Shown here piece after piece: positions 17,322 through 17,537 of a stretch of 17,537 bases of DNA. This DNA is from Deinococcales bacterium (GTDB taxonomy: Bacteria > Deinococcota > Deinococci > Deinococcales > JAAFIG01). Numbering within the stretch: the stretch's first letter is position 1; every line of letters begins with the position of its first letter. The notes beneath the pieces were generated by a model. The model was given only the letters and a program-made list of their open reading frames with translations. It ran no database searches and was not told where the DNA came from. Position numbers and translations under genes: made by a program. The stretch covers positions 1 to 17,537 of the forward strand of contig JAYWGM010000078.1 of assembly GCA_043778225.1 (NCBI GenBank), given 5' to 3'.

Positions 17322-17537
17322 CATCAAGTTCTTAAACCGCAGTTTTAACGTGTTTTGCCAAATGGATTGCAATCAGGGCTTTTGGCTGGACTCGAGTAGC
17401 AGCATTATAGAAATTTGGAATGTTTGTCACGCAAGCCTAATACCAAGTTAAGCTAATCAGTCTCGTATGATTCATCTCAATGAGAATATATTTGCTTGAC
17501 TGACGCATTCGTAAAATTCATGAAAGATTTTTAAGTG

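Larger units (their letters stand above)
218..17396. repeat. Dispersed highly iterated palindrome CTCGAG
   Basis: About 70 copies by manual count, e.g. starting at 218, 680, 989, 1144, 1425, 2271, 2282, 6077, 6107, 11586, 11601, 16585, 16599, 17391. Confidence 0.92.

Noticed and set aside
218..17396. CTCGAG copies as a CRISPR array, cloning scars or synthetic recoding
   Set aside because: Spacing is irregular, copies sit in frame within intact genes in all three frames, and they form natural-looking terminator stems.
17094..17451. Plus-strand ORFs 17094-17276 and 17104-17451
   Set aside because: They are antisense to the antitoxin candidate and have no recognisable features.
17466..17516. 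TCTCA-A-TGAGA palindrome with TTGACT and TAAAAT, a possible Fur-like box or promoter
   Set aside because: Spacing does not fit a sigma70 promoter, the match to a Fur box is poor, and the downstream gene is outside the window.

Overview
This window is the contiguous S10-spc-alpha ribosomal protein supercluster: tuf 3' end, rpsJ-rplC-D-W-B-rpsS-rplV-rpsC-rplP-rpmC-rpsQ-rplN-X-E-rpsN-rpsH-rplF-R-rpsE-rpmD-rplO-secY-adk-map-infA-rpmJ-rpsM-K-D-rpoA-rplQ. A convergent VapBC-type toxin-antitoxin pair follows it. Protein signatures (L14 loop insertion, L15 GRGPGGTDKTAGRGHKGQ, 89-aa Zn-free S14, RpoA style) suggest a Deinococcota (Deinococcales-like) bacterium, with GC near 50% by eye; this placement is inference. 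Three things go beyond the ordinary gene content. (1) Two intergenic hairpins of identical 24-nt geometry, GGTCG-N4-loop4-N4-CGATACC, lie upstream of rpsS and upstream of rpsH. Both reproduce the S8-binding core of 16S rRNA helix 21, so they are a candidate two-site S8 feedback system. (2) The palindrome CTCGAG occurs about 70 times by manual count versus about 4 expected, in all reading frames and in intergenic hairpin stems, like a HIP1-type iterated palindrome. (3) L4 carries a C-terminal extension of about 190 aa ending in a helix-hairpin-helix domain.
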